This document shows, piece after piece, positions 17,056 through 26,982 of a DNA stretch of 64,000 nucleotides. Numbering within the stretch: the stretch's first letter is position 1; the number at the start of each line of letters is the position of its first letter. The notes under the pieces are model-generated. The model had not been told where the DNA came from and made no database searches. It was given only the letters and a program-made list of their open reading frames with translations. Made by a program: the position numbers and the translations under genes. This stretch comes from an archaeon (lineage in GTDB: Archaea > Nanobdellota > Nanobdellia > Woesearchaeales > UBA9642): positions 47,103-111,102 of the forward strand of contig JAZDHK010000033.1 of NCBI GenBank assembly GCA_043806035.1. The letters are read 5' to 3'.

Positions 17056-18213
17056 CTTCACTATCTTTTTCAGCGTCTCGGCAAAGGTGTCAATATCTTC
17101 ATCCGTGTTGTACACATACAGGCTTGCGCGCACGCTGCCCTGCAATTTGTTGGCATTGAACCAGGAATGCACGCAATGCGCCCCCGAACGTACGAGGATG
17201 TTGTGCTCGTTCAGCAGCAAGGCGACGGTGTGATTGTCCATGCCATTGATGTTGAAGCTGAAGATGCCCGCGCGCAATGCAGGGTTCTTTGGGCCGAGCA
17301 GCGAGATCTTCTCTGAACTCAATGTGTTGCTGAGCCGTTCGTTGAGGCGTTGCTCATGCCGCATTATGGTATCCATGCCTATCCTGTTTAGGTAGTCGAA
17401 CGCTGCCTTCATGCCAGTGATGCCTGCATAATTTTGTAAGCCTGCCTCAAAACGAAAAGGAATCTTGTCATAGTGTACGCTCGTGTATGTGGAGTCGAGT
17501 GCCGTTCCCCCTCCCGTCATGAAGGGATTGAGTTTCTCGAGCAATTCTTTTTTCCCGTACAAGAACCCGACGCCCGTAGGTCCGAGCATCTTGTGTCCTG
17601 ATACGGCCATGAAATCAACATCAAGTTTCTTTACATCTATTGCTTGGTGTGGGGCAGACTGTGCAGCATCGGAAAGAACGAGGGCGCCGACCTTGTGTGC
17701 CTCTTTGATGATTTCTTTGAGCGGGACGCTCGTCCCGTCCAGATTGGTGGTTTGGCAGACAGCGACGACTTTCGCCGTTTTTACTTTCTTGAGGAATGCA
17801 TCCATGTCAAACTGTCCGTTTTTGGAAGGAACGATGTCATGCCTGCATCCCGTCTGCAGCCAGGGGAGAAGGTTGGAATTGTGCTCCTTATCCGTCGTCA
17901 AGACAACATCATCTTTTTTCAGGCCGAGGCTCCTGGCGACAAGATTGATGCTTTCCGTCGCATTCTTTGTGAAGACTATTTCTTCAGGACGGGCATGCCA
18001 GAATTTTGCTGCGCACGCCCGTGTCTCATCCGTTTTTTGCTCGACTAGTTCCCCGAGTTTGTGCTGGCTTCTCCCCGCACAGGCAGGATAGTTCTCATAA
18101 TACTCAGTTATTGCTGCAATGACTTGTTTTGGCTTGAGGCTCATGCAGGCACTGTCGAGGTAGATGTATTTGGAAAGCAGAGGAAAGTCCTCGCGCAGCT
18201 TAGGATGTAGCAT
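17047..18213 (-). CDS. Cysteine desulfurase, SufS-like class V aminotransferase (stand-alone copy)
   Basis: YLDSA, EHNSN, DAAQ, SGHKMLGPTG, RSGAHC. Confidence 0.92.
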   Translation of the reverse strand: MLHPKLREDFPLLSKYIYLDSACMSLKPKQVIAAITEYYENYPACAGRSQHKLGELVEQKTDETRACAAKFWHARPEEIVFTKNATESINLVARSLGLKKDDVVLTTDKEHNSNLLPWLQTGCRHDIVPSKNGQFDMDAFLKKVKTAKVVAVCQTTNLDGTSVPLKEIIKEAHKVGALVLSDAAQSAPHQAIDVKKLDVDFMAVSGHKMLGPTGVGFLYGKKELLEKLNPFMTGGGTALDSTYTSVHYDKIPFRFEAGLQNYAGITGMKAAFDYLNRIGMDTIMRHEQRLNERLSNTLSSEKISLLGPKNPALRAGIFSFNINGMDNHTVALLLNEHNILVRSGAHCVHSWFNANKLQGSVRASLYVYNTDEDIDTFAETLKKIVKLA

Positions 18214-19123
18214 TGTTTTCCTTGCGTGCTTCTTTGATGAGCTTGTCAAAGTCGCGAACGCCCTCGGGGCCAACAAGTATCCTGTCGTTTATAAAGAATG
18301 TGGGTGTCCCCTTGACTTCTGCCTTGATGCCATCATCAAAATCATGGAGGACTTCTGCCTGTGTGGCATTGGAGTCGAGGCATTGGATGAACGTTTTCGT
18401 ATCCATGCCCGCCTTTCCTGCCAAGAATTTCAGCGAGGTGCTGTTCAAATTGTTCCGGTTGTCGAAGACGAGTCGCCAGTACGGCCAGTACTTGTCCTGG
18501 AGCTTTGCGCATTCTGCAGCTTGGGCTGCGAGCATGCTGTTGTCGTGATTGTCGAGCGGGAAGTCACGGAAGACGATTTTGACATCAGGATATTTTTTTA
18601 TGAGTTCGTCAATGATGGGTACGGCTCGTTTTGTATACGGACAGCTCATGCATCCGAACACGATGATGGTGATGCTTGCATTCTCCTCTCCCAAGAATGC
18701 GTCGTCGTCTGTCGTAGGGTATTGGATGGGACCTGGGCTGTTCGATCCCGAGGGAAGATAGCTGCAACTCTGGCCTTCAGCATGGTCGAGGATGCAGAAC
18801 CCTCCTTGCTGGCCATTGCAATTCCCGTACGCCACAAAATTGAAGATGGCAAAAAGAGAATAGGCAAGACTGGCAAAGAGCAGTATGATAAAAATCCAGG
18901 AGAGCAGCTCGAATCGCTTGTACAGCCAGCCGCCCAGTTTGGCGTGCTTGGCCATGACCTTTCCCGTGAGCTGTGCCTTGAGCCGCTTATCCAGTCCCGT
19001 CTCGCATTTTTGCAAGGTGATGCGCTTGAACACGCATTCGAACGCTTCCTTGGCAATCTTTCTATACGTTGCACTGAATATGCCGAGTATGCCAAATACA
19101 ATGAATGCTAGGAGGCAAATCAT
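18200..19123 (-). CDS. Membrane-anchored DsbA/thioredoxin-fold protein
   Basis: N-terminal TM helices; CMSCPYT, RDFPL, AAECA and GTPTFFIN motifs. Confidence 0.85.
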   Translation of the reverse strand: MICLLAFIVFGILGIFSATYRKIAKEAFECVFKRITLQKCETGLDKRLKAQLTGKVMAKHAKLGGWLYKRFELLSWIFIILLFASLAYSLFAIFNFVAYGNCNGQQGGFCILDHAEGQSCSYLPSGSNSPGPIQYPTTDDDAFLGEENASITIIVFGCMSCPYTKRAVPIIDELIKKYPDVKIVFRDFPLDNHDNSMLAAQAAECAKLQDKYWPYWRLVFDNRNNLNSTSLKFLAGKAGMDTKTFIQCLDSNATQAEVLHDFDDGIKAEVKGTPTFFINDRILVGPEGVRDFDKLIKEARKENNATS

Positions 19124-19132
19124 GTGCTTCCC

Positions 19133-20896
19133 TCAGACACCACAGCCTGCGCCTGCAGGCGCTGCTGCATCGCCCGTCAACGTGTTCGCGCAGCCAGCAA
19201 GTCCAGCATTGACTGTGCAGAATCCTTGCTTTATCGTTTCGGCGTCGAGCCCAGAGAATAGTTGTTGATTGTTTGCCATCCATGTCGGGCTTGCCCCTAT
19301 CCTGAGCTGCTGGGCAAGTTTGAGATCTTCACTGAGGAGCTGCTTGCCTTCACTGCCTTCCGAACAGGTCTTGATTGTTGCAGCATCCATGCCATTGTCG
19401 GTTGCGCAGCTTTCCCATGCAGTGCTTTGGATGTTCTGGTTCCTGCACCAGATGTAGTCCATGTACTTGTTGTTGTCCGGATAGTGGTTCATGGCGCACA
19501 ACTCACGGATGTCCTCAGCAACTTCTGCAGGGCCGTGTAGGCTGGCGAAGCTGCCGTCCGCATTTTCGTTGGCGATGTAGTGCAGTTTGAAATTGATGTT
19601 GCCTTGGAAGTTCTGGAGCACTTCTTTCATGCTGTTCATTGCCATTGTGCCGTAAGGGCATTGGCTCATGACAAACAGGTCGAGTTGTTTTGGCTTTGCT
19701 TCTCTGCAGTCCATCGTTTCCTTGCATTGCGGGTCAGCGCAGTCTATGAGGCCGTTGCCTGTGTCGTCGATGCCGTTGGTGCACTTTTCTGCAGTTGGAT
19801 CATAGCTTGATCCGGCTGCGTCGGGAATGATGACATATTTATCGTCAACTTTCTGGAACGCCTGCGCGTACTGTGCATAGTTTGCGTCCTCGGTGAGTTT
19901 TGTGTCATACAAGTATGCGGGAAGCAGGCTAAGCTGGTATTTCTCATAGAGGGACTTGCCTGCTGGCGTGTTGTAGTCTATCTCGGTTATGGTTGTTCCT
20001 CTGAAGATTTGCTGCAATGCCTGCGTGAGCTGCTGCGGGTTGCACTCAGCGCACGTGTTGTCGTTCAGGACGATGAGCTGTGTCTCAACTGGCTGGGGGA
20101 TGTTCTCGCAGCCCTTGCTGTCCGGAATGATATCGCAGATTTTGTATGCAAACTCCTCATAGGGCTGTGCACCGATGAGTAATTGTCCGTTGATGAGGAA
20201 TCCTGGCGTTCCTGAAATGCCTGCCGCCTGGCCTTCTTCGAAATCTTTCCCGACGATAGTCGCTTTTATGCCTGAGTCAAGGCAGGTGTTGAACTGGTCT
20301 GCTTGCATGCCGAGTTCTACTGCATATTCTTTGAGCTTGTCCACTTCTAATGCGGCCTGGTTCTGGAAAAGTATGTCGTGGTATTCAAGGAATTTTCCCT
20401 GGTCACGGGCGCATTCGCTCGCTTCCGCAGCTTTTTGCGCATTGGGGTGGAAACTGAGGGGGTAGTGCTTGTAGATGAGTCTGACGTCATCACCAAAATT
20501 GTCCATGACTTGATTTACCACAGGAGCAGCTCTGCCACTATAGGGGCATTGGAAGTCGCTGTATTCGATAATGGTCACGGGTGCGTTGACGTTGCCCATG
20601 ATGACTCCTTCGGCATTGTCAGGGATGGAGCTGTTAGTTGTGGGGGTTGTCGTCGGTGTCTTGCTGAGCAGCAGGATGGTGACGATGACACCGATGAGCA
20701 GAATGACGCCGATGATGATCCAGGGCAGCGCTTGCATTGGTTGTTTTTGTTTCTTCTGCACGCGATGCTCTTTTTTCTCGATCGCATGTCTCTTTTTTGC
20801 GCGCTTGTGCACCCTGTGCTTTGTCTCGTGTTTTACCAGAACAGGTTCTGGTGTGGTGTTTTCAGAATGTTGTTCAACCTCATCAGGCATGGTCAT
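19133..20896 (-). CDS. Multidomain DsbA + thioredoxin-like + GILT-like thiol oxidoreductase, membrane anchored
   Basis: SDFQCPYS/HYPL/GTP domain, a CAEC domain, the CTNGIDDTGNGLIDCADPQC motif, then FVMSQCPYG...SLHG..E (GILT-like). Confidence 0.83.
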   Translation of the reverse strand: MTMPDEVEQHSENTTPEPVLVKHETKHRVHKRAKKRHAIEKKEHRVQKKQKQPMQALPWIIIGVILLIGVIVTILLLSKTPTTTPTTNSSIPDNAEGVIMGNVNAPVTIIEYSDFQCPYSGRAAPVVNQVMDNFGDDVRLIYKHYPLSFHPNAQKAAEASECARDQGKFLEYHDILFQNQAALEVDKLKEYAVELGMQADQFNTCLDSGIKATIVGKDFEEGQAAGISGTPGFLINGQLLIGAQPYEEFAYKICDIIPDSKGCENIPQPVETQLIVLNDNTCAECNPQQLTQALQQIFRGTTITEIDYNTPAGKSLYEKYQLSLLPAYLYDTKLTEDANYAQYAQAFQKVDDKYVIIPDAAGSSYDPTAEKCTNGIDDTGNGLIDCADPQCKETMDCREAKPKQLDLFVMSQCPYGTMAMNSMKEVLQNFQGNINFKLHYIANENADGSFASLHGPAEVAEDIRELCAMNHYPDNNKYMDYIWCRNQNIQSTAWESCATDNGMDAATIKTCSEGSEGKQLLSEDLKLAQQLRIGASPTWMANNQQLFSGLDAETIKQGFCTVNAGLAGCANTLTGDAAAPAGAGCGV

Positions 20897-20973
20897 TCAC
20901 CCCGTATTGCGGCTTTTTTGCCACTATTTAAATTTTTGGTATTTGCGCTATGCGGGTGTGGGACAGTAATTGG

Positions 20974-21153
20974 TTAGGTCTTCTGTACGACGTCTTTGGT
21001 GATGATGACATAGACTCTTCTTCCCATGTACCGTCTGGGGACGTCTGCTTTAGCAGATGTCCCGATTGGCGTGACTATTCGTTCTAGGAATCCGTCGATG
21101 TCTTTGTCGTTCAGTGCTAGTTTTCCTTTGTTGAGTTCGATTTTTCTTGCCAT
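20974..21153 (-). CDS. Transposon-encoded small protein (DUF2080-like), 59 aa, absent from the ORF track
   Basis: Reads MARKIELNKG...ERIVTPIGTSAKADVPRRYMGRRVYVII. Confidence 0.8.
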   Translation of the reverse strand: MARKIELNKGKLALNDKDIDGFLERIVTPIGTSAKADVPRRYMGRRVYVIITKDVVQKT

Positions 21154-21156
21154 ATC

Positions 21157-21178
21157 AAAGCTATCTATAGATAGCTTT
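21157..21178. promoter_or_regulatory. Perfect 22-bp palindrome between the divergent IS genes (candidate operator)
   Basis: AAAGCTATCTATAGATAGCTTT, abutting tttaaata. Confidence 0.6.
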
Positions 21179-21206
21179 AAATACTTTTCTATTTTGTATA
21201 GCGGAT

Positions 21207-22217
21207 ATGAAGATAACCACGAAGCAAGTGCGACAAGTAGCGACGATGCTTGATGAGATCATCAAGGAATACAAAACAGAAAATCCCAAACAAAAACGCG
21301 ATTGGAGAACCTACGAACAGCAATCCGCTGAACGCCTGAAAACGGCGTTCAGAGAGCTCAAACCAATCATAGACGAAGCGGTAAGCATGATTGCTCTAAC
21401 CAAAGGAATCAAGAGAGGCAACAAGTCATCACTTGACCTACGACAGAAGGTCTTGGTCATTCTGCTTGCCCGGTTGCTTCAGAAAAGCAACCGCAACATG
21501 TCCTCGATGATGATTCTGTTCTCTTGGCTCGCTGATGTCTCTGTTGGTTACAAGACTGTCGAAAGGTTGTATTCTGACGAGAGCGTAGCTCTCGCATTAC
21601 ACAACGTACAGGTGATTTTATTGAGAAGAAAAGGCATAGAGCACGTCGACGGTTCCGGTGACGGAACCGGCCACACGATTACCATCAATATGCATTACGC
21701 TACCGAAGCTCAAAAACGAAAAGACAAAATCAAAGAAAACTCTTCAGAGACGAAGAAGAAAGTTATCTATTCGTTTGCACTGATGGACATCAAGACTCGC
21801 ATGTATGTGGGATATGGCACGAGTTTCATCAGCGAGAACGCAGCATATCTCGACGCGGTCATGATGACGAGAGAACTGAACATATCGCTTGATAGCATAC
21901 GATTGGACAGGTACTACAGCACGCAATCGCGTGCTGAATTCCTGCAGGAAAACTTCCCAGGAATAGCGATGTATCTCATACCAAAAATCAATGCCACCAT
22001 AAAGGGTTCCTGGTCCTGGAAACGAATGCTTCACACACTTGTTCAAGACCCCAAATCCTACTTGAAAGAATACTTTCACAGGAACCAATCAGAAAGTGGG
22101 TTCGCTGAGGACAAAAAGCGAACCGGATGGAAACTGGGACAGAAAAGACCAGAACGAATAGCCACAGCAGGGTTCTGCAACCTGCTCTGGCACAACCTTC
22201 ACTGGCTCAACGACTAA
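21207..22217 (+). CDS. DDE transposase
   Basis: RDW..Y, DGSGDGTG, LDRYYS and RNQSESGF motifs, inside the TIRs. Confidence 0.9.
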   Translation: MKITTKQVRQVATMLDEIIKEYKTENPKQKRDWRTYEQQSAERLKTAFRELKPIIDEAVSMIALTKGIKRGNKSSLDLRQKVLVILLARLLQKSNRNMSSMMILFSWLADVSVGYKTVERLYSDESVALALHNVQVILLRRKGIEHVDGSGDGTGHTITINMHYATEAQKRKDKIKENSSETKKKVIYSFALMDIKTRMYVGYGTSFISENAAYLDAVMMTRELNISLDSIRLDRYYSTQSRAEFLQENFPGIAMYLIPKINATIKGSWSWKRMLHTLVQDPKSYLKEYFHRNQSESGFAEDKKRTGWKLGQKRPERIATAGFCNLLWHNLHWLND

Positions 22218-22276
22218 TTCTGTCCCACACCCGCGCTATGCGCTAACTATATATAGATGTGGTCTATGTGACGTGC

Positions 22277-22447
22277 ATGGATCAGCATGCTGTTTTGCGC
22301 CGCTGGATAGGCATAGTGACGCTTGTCGTTGTCATAACGAACGTGTTGTTGTTCTCTTTCCGCATCGTTTCAGCGCTGACGTTCTGGATAGTCATAGGAT
22401 TGGCGGCGATCATTGCCTGGCCCGTGCTCAATCGTTTGAAGAAATGA
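22277..22447 (+). CDS. Small two-TM membrane protein
   Basis: Two hydrophobic helices and a basic C-terminus; TATA-like tatatata upstream. Confidence 0.6.
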   Translation: MDQHAVLRRWIGIVTLVVVITNVLLFSFRIVSALTFWIVIGLAAIIAWPVLNRLKK

Positions 22448-24385
22448 TCATTTTTTTCCCTGCTCAACAAGGAATACGTGGCTCTCGCCAGGCTCGAGAA
22501 TGATGCTGAGCTGCGTGCCGATGCGGTCATACGTTGTCCCCGAGAGGAGGTCTTTGAGCGTGTAATGCCTGTTGAAGTCATACCCCTCGAGGTTGAGATG
22601 CAGCTTCGTGTGCAGGCTGCTGTTGAAGTCCAAATTTATGATGGTAAGCACGGTTTCTCTTTTCTTTCCCTGATAGTCTCTAAAGAAGCTGAACGCTCGC
22701 GCTTCCCACGTGACTCCTTGATCGCTGTTGACGAACGTGTACGTTCCCTTCTGCAGGGCAATGCGTTCGTGCCGTATCTTGTTTATCTTTGCGATGTAGT
22801 CGGTGATGTTCTTCTTGCTCTTCCAGTTAATGGCAGAATAGCTGCGCAGGCTGACCTGCTCGTGCTCGACGACCTCGTAGCCGTTGTGCAGCAACGGTAT
22901 GCCTGGGAGGAGCGCTGAAAGTACCCATCTGCTCTTGTTGAGCTGCATGTCACTGTTCTCCTTTTCGAGATTGCTGAATTTTTTTGGCAGCCGCAGGAAG
23001 TCATGGCATTCGGGATAGAGCAGCCAGGCGCTGTTCTCAGGGAAGAAATGCCCGGAGATGTTGTAGATGTAGTCGAGATACCCTTTCAGTTGGGGGACGC
23101 TGTATATCTTTGCGGAATAATCGCCATTGAGACAGGTCATGCCGCAGGCCTGCAGGTCCTCGACATCATTCACGTACGTTTCGCCGATGAACATGATCTC
23201 GGACGAGAGCGGGGCGTATCGCTGTCTGGCACACACGTGCCGTGCGTAGTGTCTTGTTTCCTGAATGAGCTCTTTCCAAAATGCTAATGGAATGGCATAG
23301 GCCACATCGAGCCTGAAACCATCGACACCGTACTGCGTAATCCAGTACTTGAACAAATCCTTGAAATAGTTCTTCATGTCGTTGATTGTAGGATTTTTCG
23401 GTGCAGAGTTTGGAGAAGAAGGGTAGCGGTAGTTCCAGTTCAGCCAGGCGCAGTCGCTCCAGAATACGTCGTGGTCGTACGGGCTGAAGACGTGCTCTGG
23501 CCGCCCCCAAACCTCTCGCTTCGGATCGTCTTCAGGATAGATGTACGGATCGTTCAGGGAGAGAGGATGTCTCTTGTACAAATACCATTCAGGATGCAGC
23601 CGTTGGAGGACGCTGTCCTTGCTCGTGTGGTGAATGACCATGTCGATGATGACCCTGATCTTGTTCTCATGGCAAGTCTTGACGAACTTCTTGAACTCCT
23701 TATACTGGTCCGTTTGTTCTGATTCGCTCCAACCGAGTTCGGGATCGATGCTCTTGTAGTCCTGGATAGAATAGATGCTACCTGGATGCATGTGTACGGG
23801 CAGGACGTTGGGTTCTTTGACGTAATGCTCCTTGAGCCATTCGTCGTACTTGTACATCTCTCCCGACTTCTGGATGGGATTAAGGTAGAGTGCAGTTATC
23901 CCTAACTTTTTGAAGTGCGGCATGGCCTTGATGAGGTCTCTGAACGTGCCCCCTTCTCCTGGTTCGATGATGCCGTCCTGGTTCTTGTCTTGTGCCCCGA
24001 ATTGTCGGACGAATGCGTTGTAGATGATCAGGTCCTTGCTGTATGCGGGCTCGACATGGAAGTCTACGGGCGGTTGCATGTGCCAGCTCTTCTCGTCGGA
24101 AAAACGATACCTGATGCTGAACGTATAGCATCCTGCCAATGACGGCGTGAGCGTTCTTTCGAAGACGGAGATGTTGTTCTCTTTCTTTGCCAAGTGTAGC
24201 GTTGCGGCGAAGAAGTGTTTGTTGTGCTCAACATATTCTTTGCAGTGCACATTCGTCCAGATTTCGACAATGAGCTGCTCTGGTGCATTAGCTATCTTTG
24301 CAGAAAACGTGAAGGGGTCACCTGACAGAACTTTCATCAACGCAGCAGGATAGCTCGTAATCTCCAACGACTCACCTCTCTGCAA
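22448..24385 (-). CDS. GH13 alpha-amylase family glycoside hydrolase / alpha-glucan enzyme (GlgE-like N-terminal domain)
   Basis: LYLNPI, DMVIHH, nucleophile GFRLDVA, GE acid/base and CHD motifs. Confidence 0.88.
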   Translation of the reverse strand: MQRGESLEITSYPAALMKVLSGDPFTFSAKIANAPEQLIVEIWTNVHCKEYVEHNKHFFAATLHLAKKENNISVFERTLTPSLAGCYTFSIRYRFSDEKSWHMQPPVDFHVEPAYSKDLIIYNAFVRQFGAQDKNQDGIIEPGEGGTFRDLIKAMPHFKKLGITALYLNPIQKSGEMYKYDEWLKEHYVKEPNVLPVHMHPGSIYSIQDYKSIDPELGWSESEQTDQYKEFKKFVKTCHENKIRVIIDMVIHHTSKDSVLQRLHPEWYLYKRHPLSLNDPYIYPEDDPKREVWGRPEHVFSPYDHDVFWSDCAWLNWNYRYPSSPNSAPKNPTINDMKNYFKDLFKYWITQYGVDGFRLDVAYAIPLAFWKELIQETRHYARHVCARQRYAPLSSEIMFIGETYVNDVEDLQACGMTCLNGDYSAKIYSVPQLKGYLDYIYNISGHFFPENSAWLLYPECHDFLRLPKKFSNLEKENSDMQLNKSRWVLSALLPGIPLLHNGYEVVEHEQVSLRSYSAINWKSKKNITDYIAKINKIRHERIALQKGTYTFVNSDQGVTWEARAFSFFRDYQGKKRETVLTIINLDFNSSLHTKLHLNLEGYDFNRHYTLKDLLSGTTYDRIGTQLSIILEPGESHVFLVEQGKK

Positions 24386-24462
24386 TGGCTATCGAGAAAC
24401 TTCTTTAAATAGTTGTTGGAGAATGTACGCCTGCCCGGGCAGATTCTTTTGTTGTGCAATTG

Positions 24463-26979
24463 CTAGCTGCACTCGCTATACCCGCAATCAAAGCATGTTG
24501 GTTTGGTGCAGCCACTCTGCACGGTGACGTTGGGGCTGAAGCATTTGGGGCAGTAGAGGTTGTCCTCCTCGTCTTTTTTCTTCTCGACGAGCTTTTGCTG
24601 TCCGAGCGCGCTCTGCCCGTTCAGATCAATGAGCTTGCCGGTCTTGATTAGATGGTCGCGTAATGCTTTCGACAGTCCGTGCGCGATGCTGTCGACGCGA
24701 TTAGGTCCCATGCCGTACGGCTTGTCTCCCTTGATGCTGTTCAAGTGCCGAAGGATCTCACGGGCGTCCCCTCCGCACTCCAAGTACTTGGAGATCATGA
24801 TGCCAAGAGCGGTGGTCATGCCGGAAATTTCAGTCCCTGATGGAGAAATGTTCGCAAAGAGTTTCGTCGGCCCTTGCTCGTCATAGTTAATGTGGATGTG
24901 CAGCGATCCCTGCCCGGTGTTTATCTTGTAGTACATGCTCAACTCACCAAGACCCGTGCTTTTTCTTCGTTGTGGCTTCTCTTCTTTCTTTTCCTCTTTC
25001 TTAACTATGTTGAGCACTTGGAATTGCTTGCTGCCATCCCGATAAATGGTGACTCCTTTTGCGCCCCACTCATATGCTTTCCAGTACACGTCCTCCACGT
25101 CCTTGACGGTCGCTTCATTCCTCAGATTGACTGTTTTTGAGACGGCGTTGTTTGTGTGCTTCTGGAATGCGACTTGCACAGCGACATGCTCTAGTGGCTC
25201 GAGGTCGTGACTTGTCAGGAAGAGCCGCTGGATCGCCTCAGGGATTTCCTTCAAACCAAGGAGCGACTTGTGGTTGGCATCGACTTTCTTGAACAGTTCC
25301 TGCTCGGGAAGGCCGAAGTAGCCGTGCTTCTCGGCGATTTCCTTGAACAGTGGATTCACTTCATAAAAGACATCCTTCTCATCGGGCGTCTTGCCTGTCT
25401 TCAACGCATCCAATCCTGCAGCGTTGTATCTCGTGTAGACGATGGCAAAGAATGGCTCGATGCCGGCCCCCTGCAGCCCTGCCGTTATGCCTATGGTCCC
25501 CGTCGGTGCAATGGTGGTCCGTGTGCTGTGCCTGAGCAGGGCGTCTTTGCCGCGATAGTGCGTGCTTTCCTTGTCGTACGTGCTACCGACAAAATTGGGG
25601 AAAGGACCGCGTTCAAGGGCGAGCTCGCAGCTGTACTCGAGTGCGGTATCGTCGATGAACTGCATGACTTCCTCTGCCTTCTTGAGCGCAGCAGTGCTGT
25701 TGTACGGCAGACCGAGCAGCACGAGGCTTTCCGCCCAGCCCATCACGCCCAGCCCTATCCTGCGGTTGCCTTTGGCCAACTCTTCGATGCGCGGCAGAGG
25801 GTAATTGTTCACGTCAATGACATTGTCTAAGAAATGTACGCTCAATTTTACAGTTTTGCCGAGCCGTTCATAATCAAAGTTCTTGCCGTCTTTCCTCACG
25901 AACTTGCTGAGATTGATGCTGCCCAGATTGCAGGGCTCGTATGGCAGCAAAGGTTGTTCGCCGCAGGGATTCGTTGATTCTATGCTACCGAGTGCTGGAG
26001 TCGGGTTGCTGTCGCTGTTGTTTATCCTGTCGATAATGATGATGCCAGGATCTCCCGTCTCCCACGCAGACTTCACCATGAGATCGAAGACCTCTTTTGC
26101 ATTGAGCTGCCCACTCACTTCGTTCGTGTGCGGGTTGATTAAGTCGTATTTCTCGTTCCTTTTGACTTTCTGCATGAAATTGTCGTCTATGGCGACGGAG
26201 ACGTTGAAGTTTTCCATCATGCCGGGCGTCTTCTTCATGGTGATGAATTTGAGAATGTCCGGATGGTCGTAGCGCAGGATGCCCATGTTCGCCCCCCGCC
26301 TCGTGCCCCCCTGCTTGACGACGTCGGTGCTTTTGTCGAAAATCTGCATGAAACTAATGGGTCCTGAAGAGACGCCTTTTGTTGACTTGACTTCATCATG
26401 TTCTGGCCGGAGATTGCTGAAACTGAACCCGGTGCCTCCACCTGACTTGTGGATGATGGCCATGTGCAAAACTGAGGTATAGATACCTTCAATGCTGTCA
26501 GGTACGGGCAAGACGTAGCAGGCGCTGAGCTGCTGCAATGCCCTTCCTGCATTCATGAGCGTTGGGGAGTTTGGCAAAAATTCGAAATTGCTCAGAATCT
26601 TGTAGAATGCATCCCTCGTCTTTCCCATTGCTTCTTCGATCGTGTCGTCTTTTGCAGCGACTGCGGCCAAGTTGGTGAGGTAGTGCTTGAAGTTTCTGTC
26701 CCGTTCGTTGTGCTCGTTGCTATCTACATGTAGGAGGTGATATGTCCAGGTCCTTCCTCGCACGTTGTACGTCACTGGTTTGTGACGGACATTCTTGAAC
26801 AAGTCGTCCTCTCTCGTGTTGGGATGGTGCAGGACGTCTCCTAAAGCTATGTTTGTTGCCACGAGCTCAAACCACGCTTCAGGGGAAGGAGAATCTTTTA
26901 GATACTTGTCCTTGATGACCTTGCTCTGGTTTTCTGTCAGTGCAATGTGGGGCAGATTCTTTCTCAATAGGTCATGCAT
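24463..26979 (-). CDS. nrdJ: Class II (adenosylcobalamin-dependent) ribonucleotide reductase with a C-terminal TSCPD/Zn-ribbon domain
   Basis: PNSPTLMNAG, LSACY, GGGTG, TNPCGE, CNLGS, TIAPTGT, SKTVN, YRDGS; terminal CxxC pairs. Confidence 0.96.
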   Translation of the reverse strand: MHDLLRKNLPHIALTENQSKVIKDKYLKDSPSPEAWFELVATNIALGDVLHHPNTREDDLFKNVRHKPVTYNVRGRTWTYHLLHVDSNEHNERDRNFKHYLTNLAAVAAKDDTIEEAMGKTRDAFYKILSNFEFLPNSPTLMNAGRALQQLSACYVLPVPDSIEGIYTSVLHMAIIHKSGGGTGFSFSNLRPEHDEVKSTKGVSSGPISFMQIFDKSTDVVKQGGTRRGANMGILRYDHPDILKFITMKKTPGMMENFNVSVAIDDNFMQKVKRNEKYDLINPHTNEVSGQLNAKEVFDLMVKSAWETGDPGIIIIDRINNSDSNPTPALGSIESTNPCGEQPLLPYEPCNLGSINLSKFVRKDGKNFDYERLGKTVKLSVHFLDNVIDVNNYPLPRIEELAKGNRRIGLGVMGWAESLVLLGLPYNSTAALKKAEEVMQFIDDTALEYSCELALERGPFPNFVGSTYDKESTHYRGKDALLRHSTRTTIAPTGTIGITAGLQGAGIEPFFAIVYTRYNAAGLDALKTGKTPDEKDVFYEVNPLFKEIAEKHGYFGLPEQELFKKVDANHKSLLGLKEIPEAIQRLFLTSHDLEPLEHVAVQVAFQKHTNNAVSKTVNLRNEATVKDVEDVYWKAYEWGAKGVTIYRDGSKQFQVLNIVKKEEKKEEKPQRRKSTGLGELSMYYKINTGQGSLHIHINYDEQGPTKLFANISPSGTEISGMTTALGIMISKYLECGGDAREILRHLNSIKGDKPYGMGPNRVDSIAHGLSKALRDHLIKTGKLIDLNGQSALGQQKLVEKKKDEEDNLYCPKCFSPNVTVQSGCTKPTCFDCGYSECS

Positions 26980-26982
26980 GGG

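Larger units (their letters stand above)
20954..22232. mobile_element. Intact insertion sequence, 1279 bp, ISNCY (ISA1214-like) organisation
   Basis: TIRs GGGTGTGGGACAG / CTGTCCCACACCC; 9-bp target duplication GCGCTATGC at 20945-20953 and 22233-22241; transposase plus a divergent small ORF. Confidence 0.92.

Noticed and set aside
18620-20560. Possible selenocysteine or recoding at the altered DsbA active sites
   Set aside because: The codons are sense codons (AGT Ser, ACA Thr, GGC Gly), not TGA.
26640-26860. Extra N-terminal segment in NrdJ as a possible intein
   Set aside because: It has no C/S start, no HN-C end and no LAGLIDADG motifs; it looks like a lineage-specific insertion.
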